Shown here piece after piece: positions 26,259 through 35,626 of a stretch of 64,000 nucleotides of DNA (its first letter is position 1; each line of letters starts with the position of its first letter). Below the pieces are notes generated by a model that saw only the letters and a program-made list of their open reading frames with translations, had not been told where the DNA came from and ran no database searches. Origin of the DNA: an uncultured Alphaproteobacteria bacterium (GTDB lineage: Bacteria; Pseudomonadota; Alphaproteobacteria; Rhizobiales; Hyphomicrobiaceae); NCBI GenBank assembly GCA_963847145.1, contig CAWJYN010000002.1, forward strand, positions 17,810-81,809. Reading direction: 5' to 3'. The position numbers and the translations under genes were made by a program.

Positions 26259-27422
26259 ATGGTTCGGCGCGCAAGAGGATCGTACCGCGTGACGGTTCCG
26301 ATGTCAGGCCCGCCGTCAGGCAAAGCGCTCAGCCGGCCCAACGTGAGCCAACCTACGCAAGGACGGGCCGCGGCGGTGTTTGCGGCCAGTCTCGCCTTCG
26401 AGAGCGTGGCCCGGCGTTTTGAGGGCATCGATGCGCTCGACGGCGTCTCGCTGGCTGTCGACCCTGGAGAGATCGTGTGCCTGCTCGGCCCGTCGGGTTC
26501 AGGCAAAACGACGTTGTTGCGCATCGCCTCCGGCATCGAGAGGCCGACAGGAGGGCGTGTTCTGATCGACGGCGTCGAGGTTGCTGGACCGGGAGCATTC
26601 GTGCCGCCGGAGAGCCGTGGCGTCGGGCTGATGTTCCAGGACTTCGCGCTGTTTCCGCATTTGACGATTGCGCAGAACGTCTCGTTCGGGTTGCGACGCC
26701 TCTCCCAGGCCGAGAAGCGTGCAGAGGCGCTGTCGGTGCTCGACCGTGTCGGCCTCTCGCGGCTGGCCGATGCGTATCCGTCGACACTCTCGGGCGGCGA
26801 ACAACAGCGTGTGGCGCTGGCTCGCGCTATTCTCCCCCGGCCGCGCGTCATGCTGATGGATGAGCCGTTCTCTGGTCTCGATGTGCAACTGCGCGAGCAA
26901 CTGCAGGGTGAAACGCTGAAGCTGCTGGCTGAGACGCGCGCCACCTGTCTGATGGTCACCCACAGTCCGGATGAAGCCATGCGGATGGCGGACCGCATCG
27001 CTGTCATGCGCAACGGCCGCATTGTCCAGGTTGGCCGGGCTGAAGAACTCTATCGCAATCCGGCGGACCTGTTCGTCGCGCGGCTGTTTTCCGAGATCAA
27101 CGAGATAGCCATGACGGTGATCCATGGCGCGCTCAAAACGCCAATTGGAACCTTCGCCATCCCCGATCTGGTGGAGGGCGAACAAGCGCGGCTTTGCATC
27201 CGCCGCAGTGCCATCCGAGTGGCGGCCCCTGGTCAGGGGTTACTTGCGCGTGTGCTCAAGCGGCGGTTTCTCGGTGATACCATGCGGGTAGAGCTGGCCG
27301 TCGAAGGTTTTGACCAGCCATTGTCGATGAGCGTCCCGGAAGATCAGGCTCCGCCGCTGGCCGACGACGTGACGATCGCCATCGATCCAGCGGGTGTGCT
27401 GGTTTTTCCCGCAGTATCATAG
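26259..27422 (+). CDS. ABC transporter ATP-binding protein (PotA/FbpC-like, with C-terminal TOBE-like domain)
   Basis: Walker A GPSGSGKTT, signature LSGGEQQR, Walker B LMDEPFSGLD. Start could be ATG 26301. No permease gene adjacent. Confidence 0.85.
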   Translation: MVRRARGSYRVTVPMSGPPSGKALSRPNVSQPTQGRAAAVFAASLAFESVARRFEGIDALDGVSLAVDPGEIVCLLGPSGSGKTTLLRIASGIERPTGGRVLIDGVEVAGPGAFVPPESRGVGLMFQDFALFPHLTIAQNVSFGLRRLSQAEKRAEALSVLDRVGLSRLADAYPSTLSGGEQQRVALARAILPRPRVMLMDEPFSGLDVQLREQLQGETLKLLAETRATCLMVTHSPDEAMRMADRIAVMRNGRIVQVGRAEELYRNPADLFVARLFSEINEIAMTVIHGALKTPIGTFAIPDLVEGEQARLCIRRSAIRVAAPGQGLLARVLKRRFLGDTMRVELAVEGFDQPLSMSVPEDQAPPLADDVTIAIDPAGVLVFPAVS

Positions 27423-27436
27423 GAGGCGAAGGCCGC

Positions 27437-28552
27437 GTGGCACTCGACGCACCATCGAAGTCGACAACGGCACCCGAGCTGGCGCTGATCGTGCCGACGT
27501 TCAACGAGCGTGGGAACCTGCGTACGCTCGTTGGACAGATCGAGGCCGCCCTCGGCGCGCGCCGCTGGGAGCTTATTTTCGTTGACGATAGTTCGCCCGA
27601 CGGCACTGCCGCCCTCGCACGTGAGATGGGCCGCGAAGACCCCCGCATCCGCTGCATTCACCGCATTGGACGCCGTGGTTTGGCGGGTGCCTGCATTGAG
27701 GGTTTTCTCGCCACTTCCGCGCCCGTCATGGCGGTGATGGACGCGGACCTGCAACACGATGCTACGTTGCTCGGGCGGATGCTTGAAGCGCTTGAACATG
27801 AGCAGGCCGATCTGGTGATCGCCAGCCGTTATAGCGCTGGCGGTTCAGCCGACGCCGGCTTCAGCGCCTTTCGTGGCTTTGCCAGCAAACTCTCCACCTC
27901 CATTGCGCGTTTCGCCACCGGCGTCACCGTGACCGATCCGATGAGCGGGTTCTTCATGATCCGCCGCGCGGCTTTTGAACCGCTGGCACCGGGCCTGGCC
28001 TCTGAAGGCTTCAAAATTCTGTTCGACATTCTAGCGACCGCGCGGGGCTCATTGAAAATTGCCGAGGTCACGTATTCGTTCGGCGCGCGTCAGGAAGGCG
28101 CCTCGAAGTTTGATACCCAGAACATTCTCGATTTTCTGGGCTTGATCGTTTCGAAGACGACCGGCGGTATCGTGCCGGTCCGCTTTCTCAGCTTCGCTAT
28201 GATGGGTGCGGCGGGCATTTTGGTCCATCTCGCGACCTTGGATGTGCTCAAGCGGTCGGGCGTTTCGTTCGGTGCGGCGCAGGCGATTGCAACGCTGGTG
28301 GCGATGACGTCGAATTTCTTCCTCAACAACGCCACCACCTACCGTGACCGGCGGCTGAAGGGCGCGGCTGCCGTCAACGGGCTACTGGCTTTTTATGCCA
28401 TCTGCAGTATCGGTGCATTGAGCAACATCGGCGTCGCGCACTGGCTACACTATGACAACGGCTGGCGCTGGATCATGGCGGGTTTTGTGGGCTCACTGAT
28501 TGGCGCGATTTGGAACTTTACCCTGTCGAGCCAACTGATGTGGCGCAAATGA
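27437..28552 (+). CDS. family-2 glycosyltransferase (polyprenyl-phosphate sugar transferase type) fused to a GtrA-like membrane domain
   Basis: GTG 27437 after AGGAGG. GT2 motifs LIVPTFNE and FVDDSSPDGT. The C-terminal ~130 aa has 4 hydrophobic helices (GtrA-like). Confidence 0.8.
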   Translation: MALDAPSKSTTAPELALIVPTFNERGNLRTLVGQIEAALGARRWELIFVDDSSPDGTAALAREMGREDPRIRCIHRIGRRGLAGACIEGFLATSAPVMAVMDADLQHDATLLGRMLEALEHEQADLVIASRYSAGGSADAGFSAFRGFASKLSTSIARFATGVTVTDPMSGFFMIRRAAFEPLAPGLASEGFKILFDILATARGSLKIAEVTYSFGARQEGASKFDTQNILDFLGLIVSKTTGGIVPVRFLSFAMMGAAGILVHLATLDVLKRSGVSFGAAQAIATLVAMTSNFFLNNATTYRDRRLKGAAAVNGLLAFYAICSIGALSNIGVAHWLHYDNGWRWIMAGFVGSLIGAIWNFTLSSQLMWRK

Positions 28553-30105
28553 TCGCCAACGTACGCGCGTCCAGTGGCGATGGCCGCGCGCTGCGGACGG
28601 TGCTGGCACTCATCGCCTTCGTCACCGGTGCACGGCTGGTGCTTGCCGCAACCCTTGGCCTCGGTGTCGACGAGGCATATACGGTTGCGACATCCCGCGT
28701 TCTCGCGCTCGGCACGTTCGACCACCCGCCACTGGCCTGGTGGCTTTCGGGAGGCGCTGCCAAAGTCTTCGGCACGGAAGCACCGCTCGCCGTTCGCTTG
28801 CCGTTTATCGCCCTCGGCGCGCTCACACTCTGGCTCGCGTTCGATGCGGGCCGATACCTCTACTCGGCGCGCGCCGGGCTCTATGCGGCTGTTGTGGTCG
28901 TTCTCGCGCCTGTGCTTGGCTGGACGAGCGGCAGCATGGTGCTGCCTGATGGCCCTTTGCTGGCGGGTTTTCTTGCCGGCCTGTGCTGTCTTGCCCGGGC
29001 ACTGTTTGGTGATAGTGCCAGTGCGCCGCGCTGGTGGCTGCTCGCGGGCTTGGCTGCGGGTATCGCGTGCCTATCCAAACTGCACGGGATATTTCTGCTG
29101 GCGGGCACCGGGCTCTTTCTGCTCACCACACCCTCGCATCGCCATTGGCTATCCAAACCGTGGCCCTACCTCGCGGCCCTGATCGCGCTCGTCGTCGCTA
29201 GTCCGTTTCTGCTCTGGAATGCGGAGCATCAGTGGATCTCGTTTGCGTTCCAGGCCGGGCGCGCGAAAACCAACCGCATCGATCTGGCCGGTCCGTTCGT
29301 GGCGCTCGGCGGGCAGGCGCTGTTTTTGCTGCCGTGGGTGTGGGTGGCGCTGATGCTGTCGCTGGGCCGTGCGCTATGGGGAGGCCCGGGCCGGCCACGC
29401 GACTGGCTGTTGGTGTGCTGTGCCATCGGCCCCATCGCCGCCTTCACACTGATTGCTGTCACGGGCACCAAAACCCTGTTCCATTGGGCGGCACCCGGTT
29501 ATCTCTTCGTCTGCGTGCTGCTCGGCCGTGATCTGGCGCGCGATTTGGACGCCGGGTTGCGGCGCGCGCGGTCCTGGTTGACTGGCTCACTTGCGTCGAT
29601 TGCGGTGCTGTTCGTCATCGTCCTGGCCCTGGCCTATGCGCCCTGGCCGCAGCTCGTGCTCGCTGGCAAAGCCCTGCCTTACCCGCTGGTCGAAACCCGC
29701 TCGTGGCGCGAAGTGCGGGCGCAACTTGCAGTCCGCGGTCTACTCAATGCGCCAAATACCTTTGTGGCTGGCGTGCGCTGGCATGAGACTGGCCGCCTCG
29801 CCGTGGCGCTTGGCCCGTCCGTGGCCGTGCGGTGCCTGTGCACCGATCCTCGTGGCTTCGGGATCCTGACCGACAACCGCGCCCACATAGGCGCCGACGC
29901 CTTGATCATCGCGGCGGATCAGTCCTCGAAAGAAATCCTGCAGACACTCGGGCCCTATTTCGCGTCATTGGAGGTCCTGCCATCCCTGCAGATCACGCAG
30001 GGTGGCCGGATGCTGACCGCGTTGGCGCTCTATCGCGGCCGTGCGCTGCAAGACCCGGCGCTGCCAAGACCCAATGTCCTGCGTCCTTTTGCGTCTGGAC
30101 GTTGA
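28549..30105 (+). CDS. family-39 (ArnT/PMT-like) membrane glycosyltransferase
   Basis: ATGA overlap with the upstream stop. Multi-pass membrane protein with a first-loop acidic motif GVDEAYT and a soluble C-terminal domain. Confidence 0.75.
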   Translation: MIANVRASSGDGRALRTVLALIAFVTGARLVLAATLGLGVDEAYTVATSRVLALGTFDHPPLAWWLSGGAAKVFGTEAPLAVRLPFIALGALTLWLAFDAGRYLYSARAGLYAAVVVVLAPVLGWTSGSMVLPDGPLLAGFLAGLCCLARALFGDSASAPRWWLLAGLAAGIACLSKLHGIFLLAGTGLFLLTTPSHRHWLSKPWPYLAALIALVVASPFLLWNAEHQWISFAFQAGRAKTNRIDLAGPFVALGGQALFLLPWVWVALMLSLGRALWGGPGRPRDWLLVCCAIGPIAAFTLIAVTGTKTLFHWAAPGYLFVCVLLGRDLARDLDAGLRRARSWLTGSLASIAVLFVIVLALAYAPWPQLVLAGKALPYPLVETRSWREVRAQLAVRGLLNAPNTFVAGVRWHETGRLAVALGPSVAVRCLCTDPRGFGILTDNRAHIGADALIIAADQSSKEILQTLGPYFASLEVLPSLQITQGGRMLTALALYRGRALQDPALPRPNVLRPFASGR

Positions 30106-30197
30106 GGGCCGGCGACTGTCTCCAGAGTTCGCAATAAAACGACCGCTCGCGCATCGCGATTGACCATATGGAAACGCTCCGGCACTAATGTGCAAGA

Positions 30198-31112
30198 TTG
30201 ATGCGTTTGCGTTGGCTTGAAAGGGCCGAGACGATGGGATCGGTGTCTCCGAGTACCGCGAGCCGGCTGAGCCCCGGCCGGCGGCTTATTGACGACTCGG
30301 GCGGGCTTTGGCCGCTGAATGAGCACGCCTTGCGCGCGAAATTCGGCTCCAATCTGTCTGATGCCGCTCTGGTAGAGTATCTGCTCGTCAACATGGGCTG
30401 GATCGAGATCAGCACCGCACAAGGCCGCTTCGGCGTGCGTTGCCGGCCGCGTGTTGTCACCCAGCGGGGTCTTGCCTGTCTGTTTTACATGCTGTTCGAC
30501 GCCGCAGCCCCGCGCATACTGCTGAGCGTTTTCGGCTCTGAGTGGCAGCATTCCATCCATCGCACGCCGCAAGGCGTCGCGACGATTATCGGCGGCATGT
30601 CGGGGGTGGTTCCGGCCGGTCTGGTGAGCACGGACAACGCGCTGATGAGCCGGGCTATCGCGCCCCAAGCGTCGCCACTTTATGCGGGTGTCAGTTCTGT
30701 CAATGCGCAACTCTCCGAGGTCAGCGCGATCGAGGAACTTGCGGCGCCGCTTGATAGTGCCTTTCGCGGCCGGTGGTGCGTCTGTCACGTCGAGGCCGGG
30801 ACCGTGATCGTAGATCGGGTCGGGCAGGGGTTCACCCTGTTCAACCCGCAATGGCACCAGCAAGCAATCGGTCCGAGCCTTGATCGCTATGCTGATGCCG
30901 ACTATGGCGCCTGGATCGCCTTGCAACGTCAATATATCGCCCGCACACGGGAAACCGTTTACGATCAAGTCGATGCCATCGTGCGCTTTCCACGTCTCGG
31001 AGAAACCCGCCTGCAATACGCGCGCGCGACGTTTCCCATCAACCTAGCCAGCGGCGCGCAGTACATCGTCTCGGCTGCCATCTCTGACAGCGGGATCAAT
31101 CTGCGCGGTTAG
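30198..31112 (+). CDS. hypothetical protein (no family recognised; C-terminal half possibly PAS-like)
   Basis: 304-aa ORF with a protein-like composition. The competing antisense ORF 30030..31016 is Arg/His-rich. Third-position G+C looks lower than in neighbouring core genes. Confidence 0.5.
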   Translation: MMRLRWLERAETMGSVSPSTASRLSPGRRLIDDSGGLWPLNEHALRAKFGSNLSDAALVEYLLVNMGWIEISTAQGRFGVRCRPRVVTQRGLACLFYMLFDAAAPRILLSVFGSEWQHSIHRTPQGVATIIGGMSGVVPAGLVSTDNALMSRAIAPQASPLYAGVSSVNAQLSEVSAIEELAAPLDSAFRGRWCVCHVEAGTVIVDRVGQGFTLFNPQWHQQAIGPSLDRYADADYGAWIALQRQYIARTRETVYDQVDAIVRFPRLGETRLQYARATFPINLASGAQYIVSAAISDSGINLRG

Positions 31113-31886
31113 TCGGGCGCGCGTCTCGTTCATGTCGGCGGTCAGCTGCGCCGCGGGCATCCAGAGCAGGGATGCCGTGTAGACGCAATCGCCACCTTCC
31201 CAGAGTGAGAAGCCCGGTTCACGCAGCGTGTAGCCATACATGGCGAACAATGGGCTGGCAGCGATCTGATCGCTGACGACGCAGAAAGTCGTCTCGGTGC
31301 CGAACCGCCCCAGCGCATAGGCCCGCGAGATACGCGGCAGCAAAGCTGCAAGTTTGTTGCCGCGATGCTCAGGCGCGACCCAGAGGGCACCCGAATAGAC
31401 AATCGTGCCCGTCAGCTGGGACGCCGACGGCGCCGCGAGTGAGACATGCGGATCGCGCCCCTGAGGCTCGGACGGCTGACCATAGATCAGGGAATGGTCG
31501 TCCACCACGTCCTTCAAGGAGCGTGCGCCGAGCCGGTAAATCCGGCCGCCTTGAGATGCCACAACCCGGCCGGCTGCGTTCCGCCCCAGCAGGCAATAGG
31601 AGTTGTCATCATCGAGTGGCGCGAACTTTGAATTCATCCACGGCGCCAAAAGAGGCCAAGAGATCTCATTGCGCCCTTGGAGCTCCCGGAGTTCGGCAGC
31701 CGGCGCAAAACTCAGCGAAATGCCAAATGATCGAACTGTCGCCTCCGCGGCCAGCAGAAAACGGCCGATATCAGCAATCGGTCCGTGATCGAGGCGCAGA
31801 CTTTCCAGGAACGATGGAGGCCTGGGTTGCATGGCTTGACGCGGGGCGGCGGTGGACGCCGGCAAACTCTGTAAACGACTTCCCAT
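31044..31886 (-). CDS. hypothetical protein with possible GNAT-like acyltransferase core
   Basis: 280 aa. Segment GALWVAPEHRGNKLAALLPRISRAYALGRFG resembles the GNAT acyl-CoA-binding strand-helix. The 3' end overlaps the convergent gene by 69 bp. Confidence 0.45.
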   Translation of the reverse strand: MGSRLQSLPASTAAPRQAMQPRPPSFLESLRLDHGPIADIGRFLLAAEATVRSFGISLSFAPAAELRELQGRNEISWPLLAPWMNSKFAPLDDDNSYCLLGRNAAGRVVASQGGRIYRLGARSLKDVVDDHSLIYGQPSEPQGRDPHVSLAAPSASQLTGTIVYSGALWVAPEHRGNKLAALLPRISRAYALGRFGTETTFCVVSDQIAASPLFAMYGYTLREPGFSLWEGGDCVYTASLLWMPAAQLTADMNETRARLTAQIDPAVRDGSRDDVLRAAG

Positions 31887-32157
31887 GACGCTATCTCCTC
31901 AGTGGTCTACTCCCGTCCGCTGCAGCAGAGGCCGCTGTGCGGCGTCGCATCTGAGAGCGCGGGCATTGCGCCGTAGCACCCGTGCAAATTTCGGACCTTG
32001 AATGAACCGAATCTCTGCAGTTGGCGGACGCCAAACGTTCGCCTTCCGGTTGCTAGGCGTCAAGCGCCGGTTGCAGAATCCACTGCAAAACACAAATGCG
32101 CGTGTTAACCATTGCCGCTGTGGCCTTGGTGTGGACGGCGCAGGAGGAGTGGATTTG

Positions 32158-32985
32158 CTAGAGTGTGCGCGGTGGGAGAACCGATGCCGCAGCGGCTGAT
32201 CCTGAGCTATCGATCAGAAAGCGGATTGTCCGCGGCGCTGCCGCTGTACTGCCCATCACCTCGCGGCAGACAACCATTGTGAACGATGTTCGCGGTGCAC
32301 CAACGTCCTGGCCGCCGTGCCGTGCGGTTGCGACGCCGCCACCCAGTTCCGCCATCGACTTCAGTTCAATAACTTCAAACACGTGCGTTACGGCTGCCGT
32401 GGTGCCATCGGCAACCGCGGCTTTGGATGAGAGTGTGATGCGGTCTCCGAGGGCAACAGGCCCGGCCGTGCTCCCGGCGAGGTCATTGCGGCTGAGCCAG
32501 AAGCCCTCATCACCGACAACCGGCGCACGGGTGACGCGTGGTAGACCTGCATAACTATGCGCAGCGCCATCAGTCCCGTCCCAGGCTTGCACAACACCCG
32601 CCAGATCGGCCTTCAAATGCTGCGTCGCCTCGCGCGTACCGACCCCGGCAACGAGTGCCAAAGCACTACAAGCGATCATCGCTAGCGCCCATGGCCAAGC
32701 CGGTCGACGAACGGGCGCACTTGCTGCGTAAGGGTGCTGGGTGCTCACGCCGCGTTGATCACTCGGTGCGGCTGTCCCAGTAGCTGCCCGTCCGAACATC
32801 GCAGGTCTCCGTCTTTGGAACTGGTCAGATGGATCTTCAGAAAGGCACTGCAAGTTGCGCCGTGCGTCGTGCATTGTGCCGACCGTCCAAAGCGCTGGCC
32901 GCTCATATATAGGGTCCAACGATGCGATATGGAAGAACGCCGCGCACACGTCATTGTGACGTGTGGCCGACCCCGCTCCGCTCAC
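32158..32985 (-). CDS. hypothetical bitopic membrane protein
   Basis: ATGA overlap with the upstream gene's stop at 32982-32985. One TM helix (PAWPWALAMIACSALALVAGVG) followed by a ~190-aa extracytoplasmic domain. No family recognised. Confidence 0.45.
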   Translation of the reverse strand: MSGAGSATRHNDVCAAFFHIASLDPIYERPALWTVGTMHDARRNLQCLSEDPSDQFQRRRPAMFGRAATGTAAPSDQRGVSTQHPYAASAPVRRPAWPWALAMIACSALALVAGVGTREATQHLKADLAGVVQAWDGTDGAAHSYAGLPRVTRAPVVGDEGFWLSRNDLAGSTAGPVALGDRITLSSKAAVADGTTAAVTHVFEVIELKSMAELGGGVATARHGGQDVGAPRTSFTMVVCREVMGSTAAAPRTIRFLIDSSGSAAAASVLPPRTL

Positions 32986-33323
32986 TCGGGCCGGGCCGCC
33001 TGCGGCGCTGGCGTGCTGGCGGCCGACGTGGCAACCTGGCGGACGTGCCGGGCCAGCGACAGGTTGAACGCCGTCAGGGCGCCGAAGGTCAGAGCCAGCA
33101 GCGCGGTGGCGCCGACATGCCAGTTGGCGAAGCGCGATAAAAAAGATGGTTCAGCCGCATAGCTCACTGTTGTTACCCAACCCAGTGTTTGACCACTCGC
33201 TGCCTGGCTTTCCGTTACCGCGACGCAGGCTGCAACCAACCCAAACACCAGCACACCTATGGCAAAATCGGTTGCAGCGCGACGCATGGTCTCGGAGGTC
33301 GTCGGTTCGGTCGGGGTGGTCAT
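32982..33323 (-). CDS. small membrane protein (113 aa, two TM helices)
   Basis: ATG 33323 preceded by AGGAG. TM helices FAIGVLVFGLVAACVAV and VGATALLALTFGALTAF. Confidence 0.45.
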   Translation of the reverse strand: MTTPTEPTTSETMRRAATDFAIGVLVFGLVAACVAVTESQAASGQTLGWVTTVSYAAEPSFLSRFANWHVGATALLALTFGALTAFNLSLARHVRQVATSAASTPAPQAARPE

Positions 33324-33722
33324 TGGGGGGAACTCCTGCGGTCTGGACTGAGGTTTTATATGGCCGGCAGTGAGGGACTCATCGCCCGCCGGGTTTCGCT
33401 CAATCAACAAAGACAGTTTGACCCCGATGGGTTCGGAATGTGGCCATTCCTGTGCATTCGATGACTGGGGGATGAACCGCCCGGGATGTGTCTTCCCAAC
33501 CACAAGGCCGCCAAACGAGCCCGGTCACAGGATTGCTCGCCTTCTGCGCGGGCGGGCGTTATGAATCGTCGCTATGTGCCATCACAATGAGTTGAGGGAT
33601 GTCATGACGGCATGCAGGGTTTTAGCCGCGCGTGTGCGCACGGATGCGGGCACTGATGTGGTCACGCGGCAGCTCCACTCTGCGGGCGTCGATGTGTACC
33701 AAACCGGCGCAAAGGCTCGCCC

Positions 33723-34427
33723 ATGACCGCGGTGCGCCTAGGCCATCTGGTGGCGCCGCCCGCATTGATCATCCTCGATTTCGATGGGGTGGTAGCGGAC
33801 AGTGAGCTTCTCGCCAATACGATCCTGGCCGAGTTTTTGACGGCGCAAGGCCTGCCGACGACGCCGGATCAGTCGATCGAGCGGTACATGGGGCGCCGCT
33901 GGGCTGATACCGAAGCACGTGTCGCGGAAGCCTTGGGCCGGTCATTGCCGGACAATTTTCAAGAGCAATACAGGGCCTTTGTGAATGGCCGCATCCGTGC
34001 CGGCGTGCAGCCCGTGCCAGGCGTCGCCGGCTTTCTTGCCCGCCATCGCTATCTCAAGTTCTGCGTCGCCTCGTCCAGTACGCCTGACTGGCTGATGCAT
34101 GGTGTCGAGAAGTTTGGCCTTGCCGATGTTCTCGGTGACCGGTTGTTCAGCGCCACGGCGGTGACGAACGGAAAGCCGGCTCCTGACATCTTTCTGCATG
34201 CGGCTGAACGCATGGGTGTTGCGCCAGAACGCTGTGCGGTGCTGGAGGACAGCGTCGCCGGGGTCCAAGGGGGCGTTGCTGCCGGCATGACAGTGCTCGG
34301 CTTTCTCGGTGGCGCACACATCCGTGCCGGCCACGGCGAGCAACTGGTGCAAGCCGGTGCTCATGCCCTTGCTGACACATATGCCGATGTGAGCGCGCAT
34401 CTCGGCCTCAACGCCGGCGGCAGGTGA
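33723..34427 (+). CDS. HAD-superfamily hydrolase (subfamily IA, beta-phosphoglucomutase-like)
   Basis: Motif I ILDFDGVVADSE, motif II CVASSS, motif III/IV NGKPAPDIF ... LEDSVAGVQGG. Confidence 0.8.
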   Translation: MTAVRLGHLVAPPALIILDFDGVVADSELLANTILAEFLTAQGLPTTPDQSIERYMGRRWADTEARVAEALGRSLPDNFQEQYRAFVNGRIRAGVQPVPGVAGFLARHRYLKFCVASSSTPDWLMHGVEKFGLADVLGDRLFSATAVTNGKPAPDIFLHAAERMGVAPERCAVLEDSVAGVQGGVAAGMTVLGFLGGAHIRAGHGEQLVQAGAHALADTYADVSAHLGLNAGGR

Positions 34428-35626
34428 TCATGCGCCACAGCCCGATCAACCCGGACCTCATCGATACAGCTACGCCGCCGATCCCCGAGGCGCGCGGCTG
34501 GCTTGCGGACTACAACGGCGAGCACGGCACGGCGATCAATCTTGCGCAGGCCGTACCGGGCGCACCGCCGCCGCCTGAAATGCTGGCGCGGCTTGGAGCG
34601 GCTGCCGCCGATCCGGCGATGGCGAGTTATGGCCCGATCACCGGCGATCCAGCACTGGTGGCAGCCTACGCGGCCGATGTGGCATCAGTGTATGGAGCCG
34701 AGCCATCGCCGGCTGAGATCGCCATCACGTCTGGCTGCAACGAAGCATTCTTTGTGACTGTTCTGGCCTTGGCCAAGGCAGGCGAAGCGATCATGCTGCC
34801 CGTGCCGTGGTACTTCAATCACGCCATGACTTTGCGCATGCTAGGGATTATGGCCATTCCGCTGCCGACCCATGCGGTGCGTGGTTTCGTTGCGGATCCG
34901 GCTGAAGCAGACGCGGCGTTGCGCGCGCATGCACGCGCCCACCCCCGCGTGTCGGTACGGGCACTGGTGCTGGTGACACCCAACAATCCGACCGGCGCGA
35001 TCGCCAGCCCGGAGGGAATAGCAGCGTTTGCTGCGCTGGCGCTGAGGCATCGATGCTGGCTGGTCCTGGACGAAACCTACCGCGACTTCCGGCCAGACCC
35101 GGCGACGTCGCCGCATGCGTTGTTCACCTCGCTGGAGGCGCGCGCGTCAACCATACAACTTTATAGTTTTTCGAAGGCTTACGCGGTTCCTGGCCACCGG
35201 GTCGGCGCGCTGATCGCTCCTGCGGCCGCCATGGCGCACATCGGCAAGGTGCTCGATTGCATCCAGATCTGTGCGCCCCGACCCGCCCAAGCAGCGGTGG
35301 CATGGGCGATCCCAGCCCTGCGGTCGTGGCGGTTGGACACGGCTAGGCAGGTGGCCGCCCGCGCACGCCTGTTTGCTCACAGCCTCGAGGCGGCACCCGG
35401 CTGGCAGATCGAGGCAATTGGCGCTTACTTTGCTTACGTGCGGCATCCATTTACGCATAGCCCCGCGGTTGATGTCGCGCGGCGGCTGGCGATCGAAACA
35501 GGCGTGCTGGCGCTTCCCGGAAGCTACTTCGGGCCGGAACAGGAGGCTTATCTCCGGTTTGCCTATGCCAACACCGACGAGGCGGGTGCCGCGGCAACCG
35601 GCGCCCGTCTGGCGCGACTTGGGTAG
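34424..35626 (+). CDS. PLP-dependent aminotransferase, class I/II
   Basis: GTGA overlap with the HAD stop. Has TPNNPTG, and YSFSKAYAVPGHRVG containing the PLP lysine. Confidence 0.8.
   Translation: MIMRHSPINPDLIDTATPPIPEARGWLADYNGEHGTAINLAQAVPGAPPPPEMLARLGAAAADPAMASYGPITGDPALVAAYAADVASVYGAEPSPAEIAITSGCNEAFFVTVLALAKAGEAIMLPVPWYFNHAMTLRMLGIMAIPLPTHAVRGFVADPAEADAALRAHARAHPRVSVRALVLVTPNNPTGAIASPEGIAAFAALALRHRCWLVLDETYRDFRPDPATSPHALFTSLEARASTIQLYSFSKAYAVPGHRVGALIAPAAAMAHIGKVLDCIQICAPRPAQAAVAWAIPALRSWRLDTARQVAARARLFAHSLEAAPGWQIEAIGAYFAYVRHPFTHSPAVDVARRLAIETGVLALPGSYFGPEQEAYLRFAYANTDEAGAAATGARLARLG

Noticed and set aside
30030-31016. 328-aa minus-strand ORF competing with the 304-aa plus-strand hypothetical gene
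   Set aside because: Very Arg/His/Pro-rich and shadow-like. The plus-strand frame has a more protein-like composition. Residual uncertainty is acknowledged.
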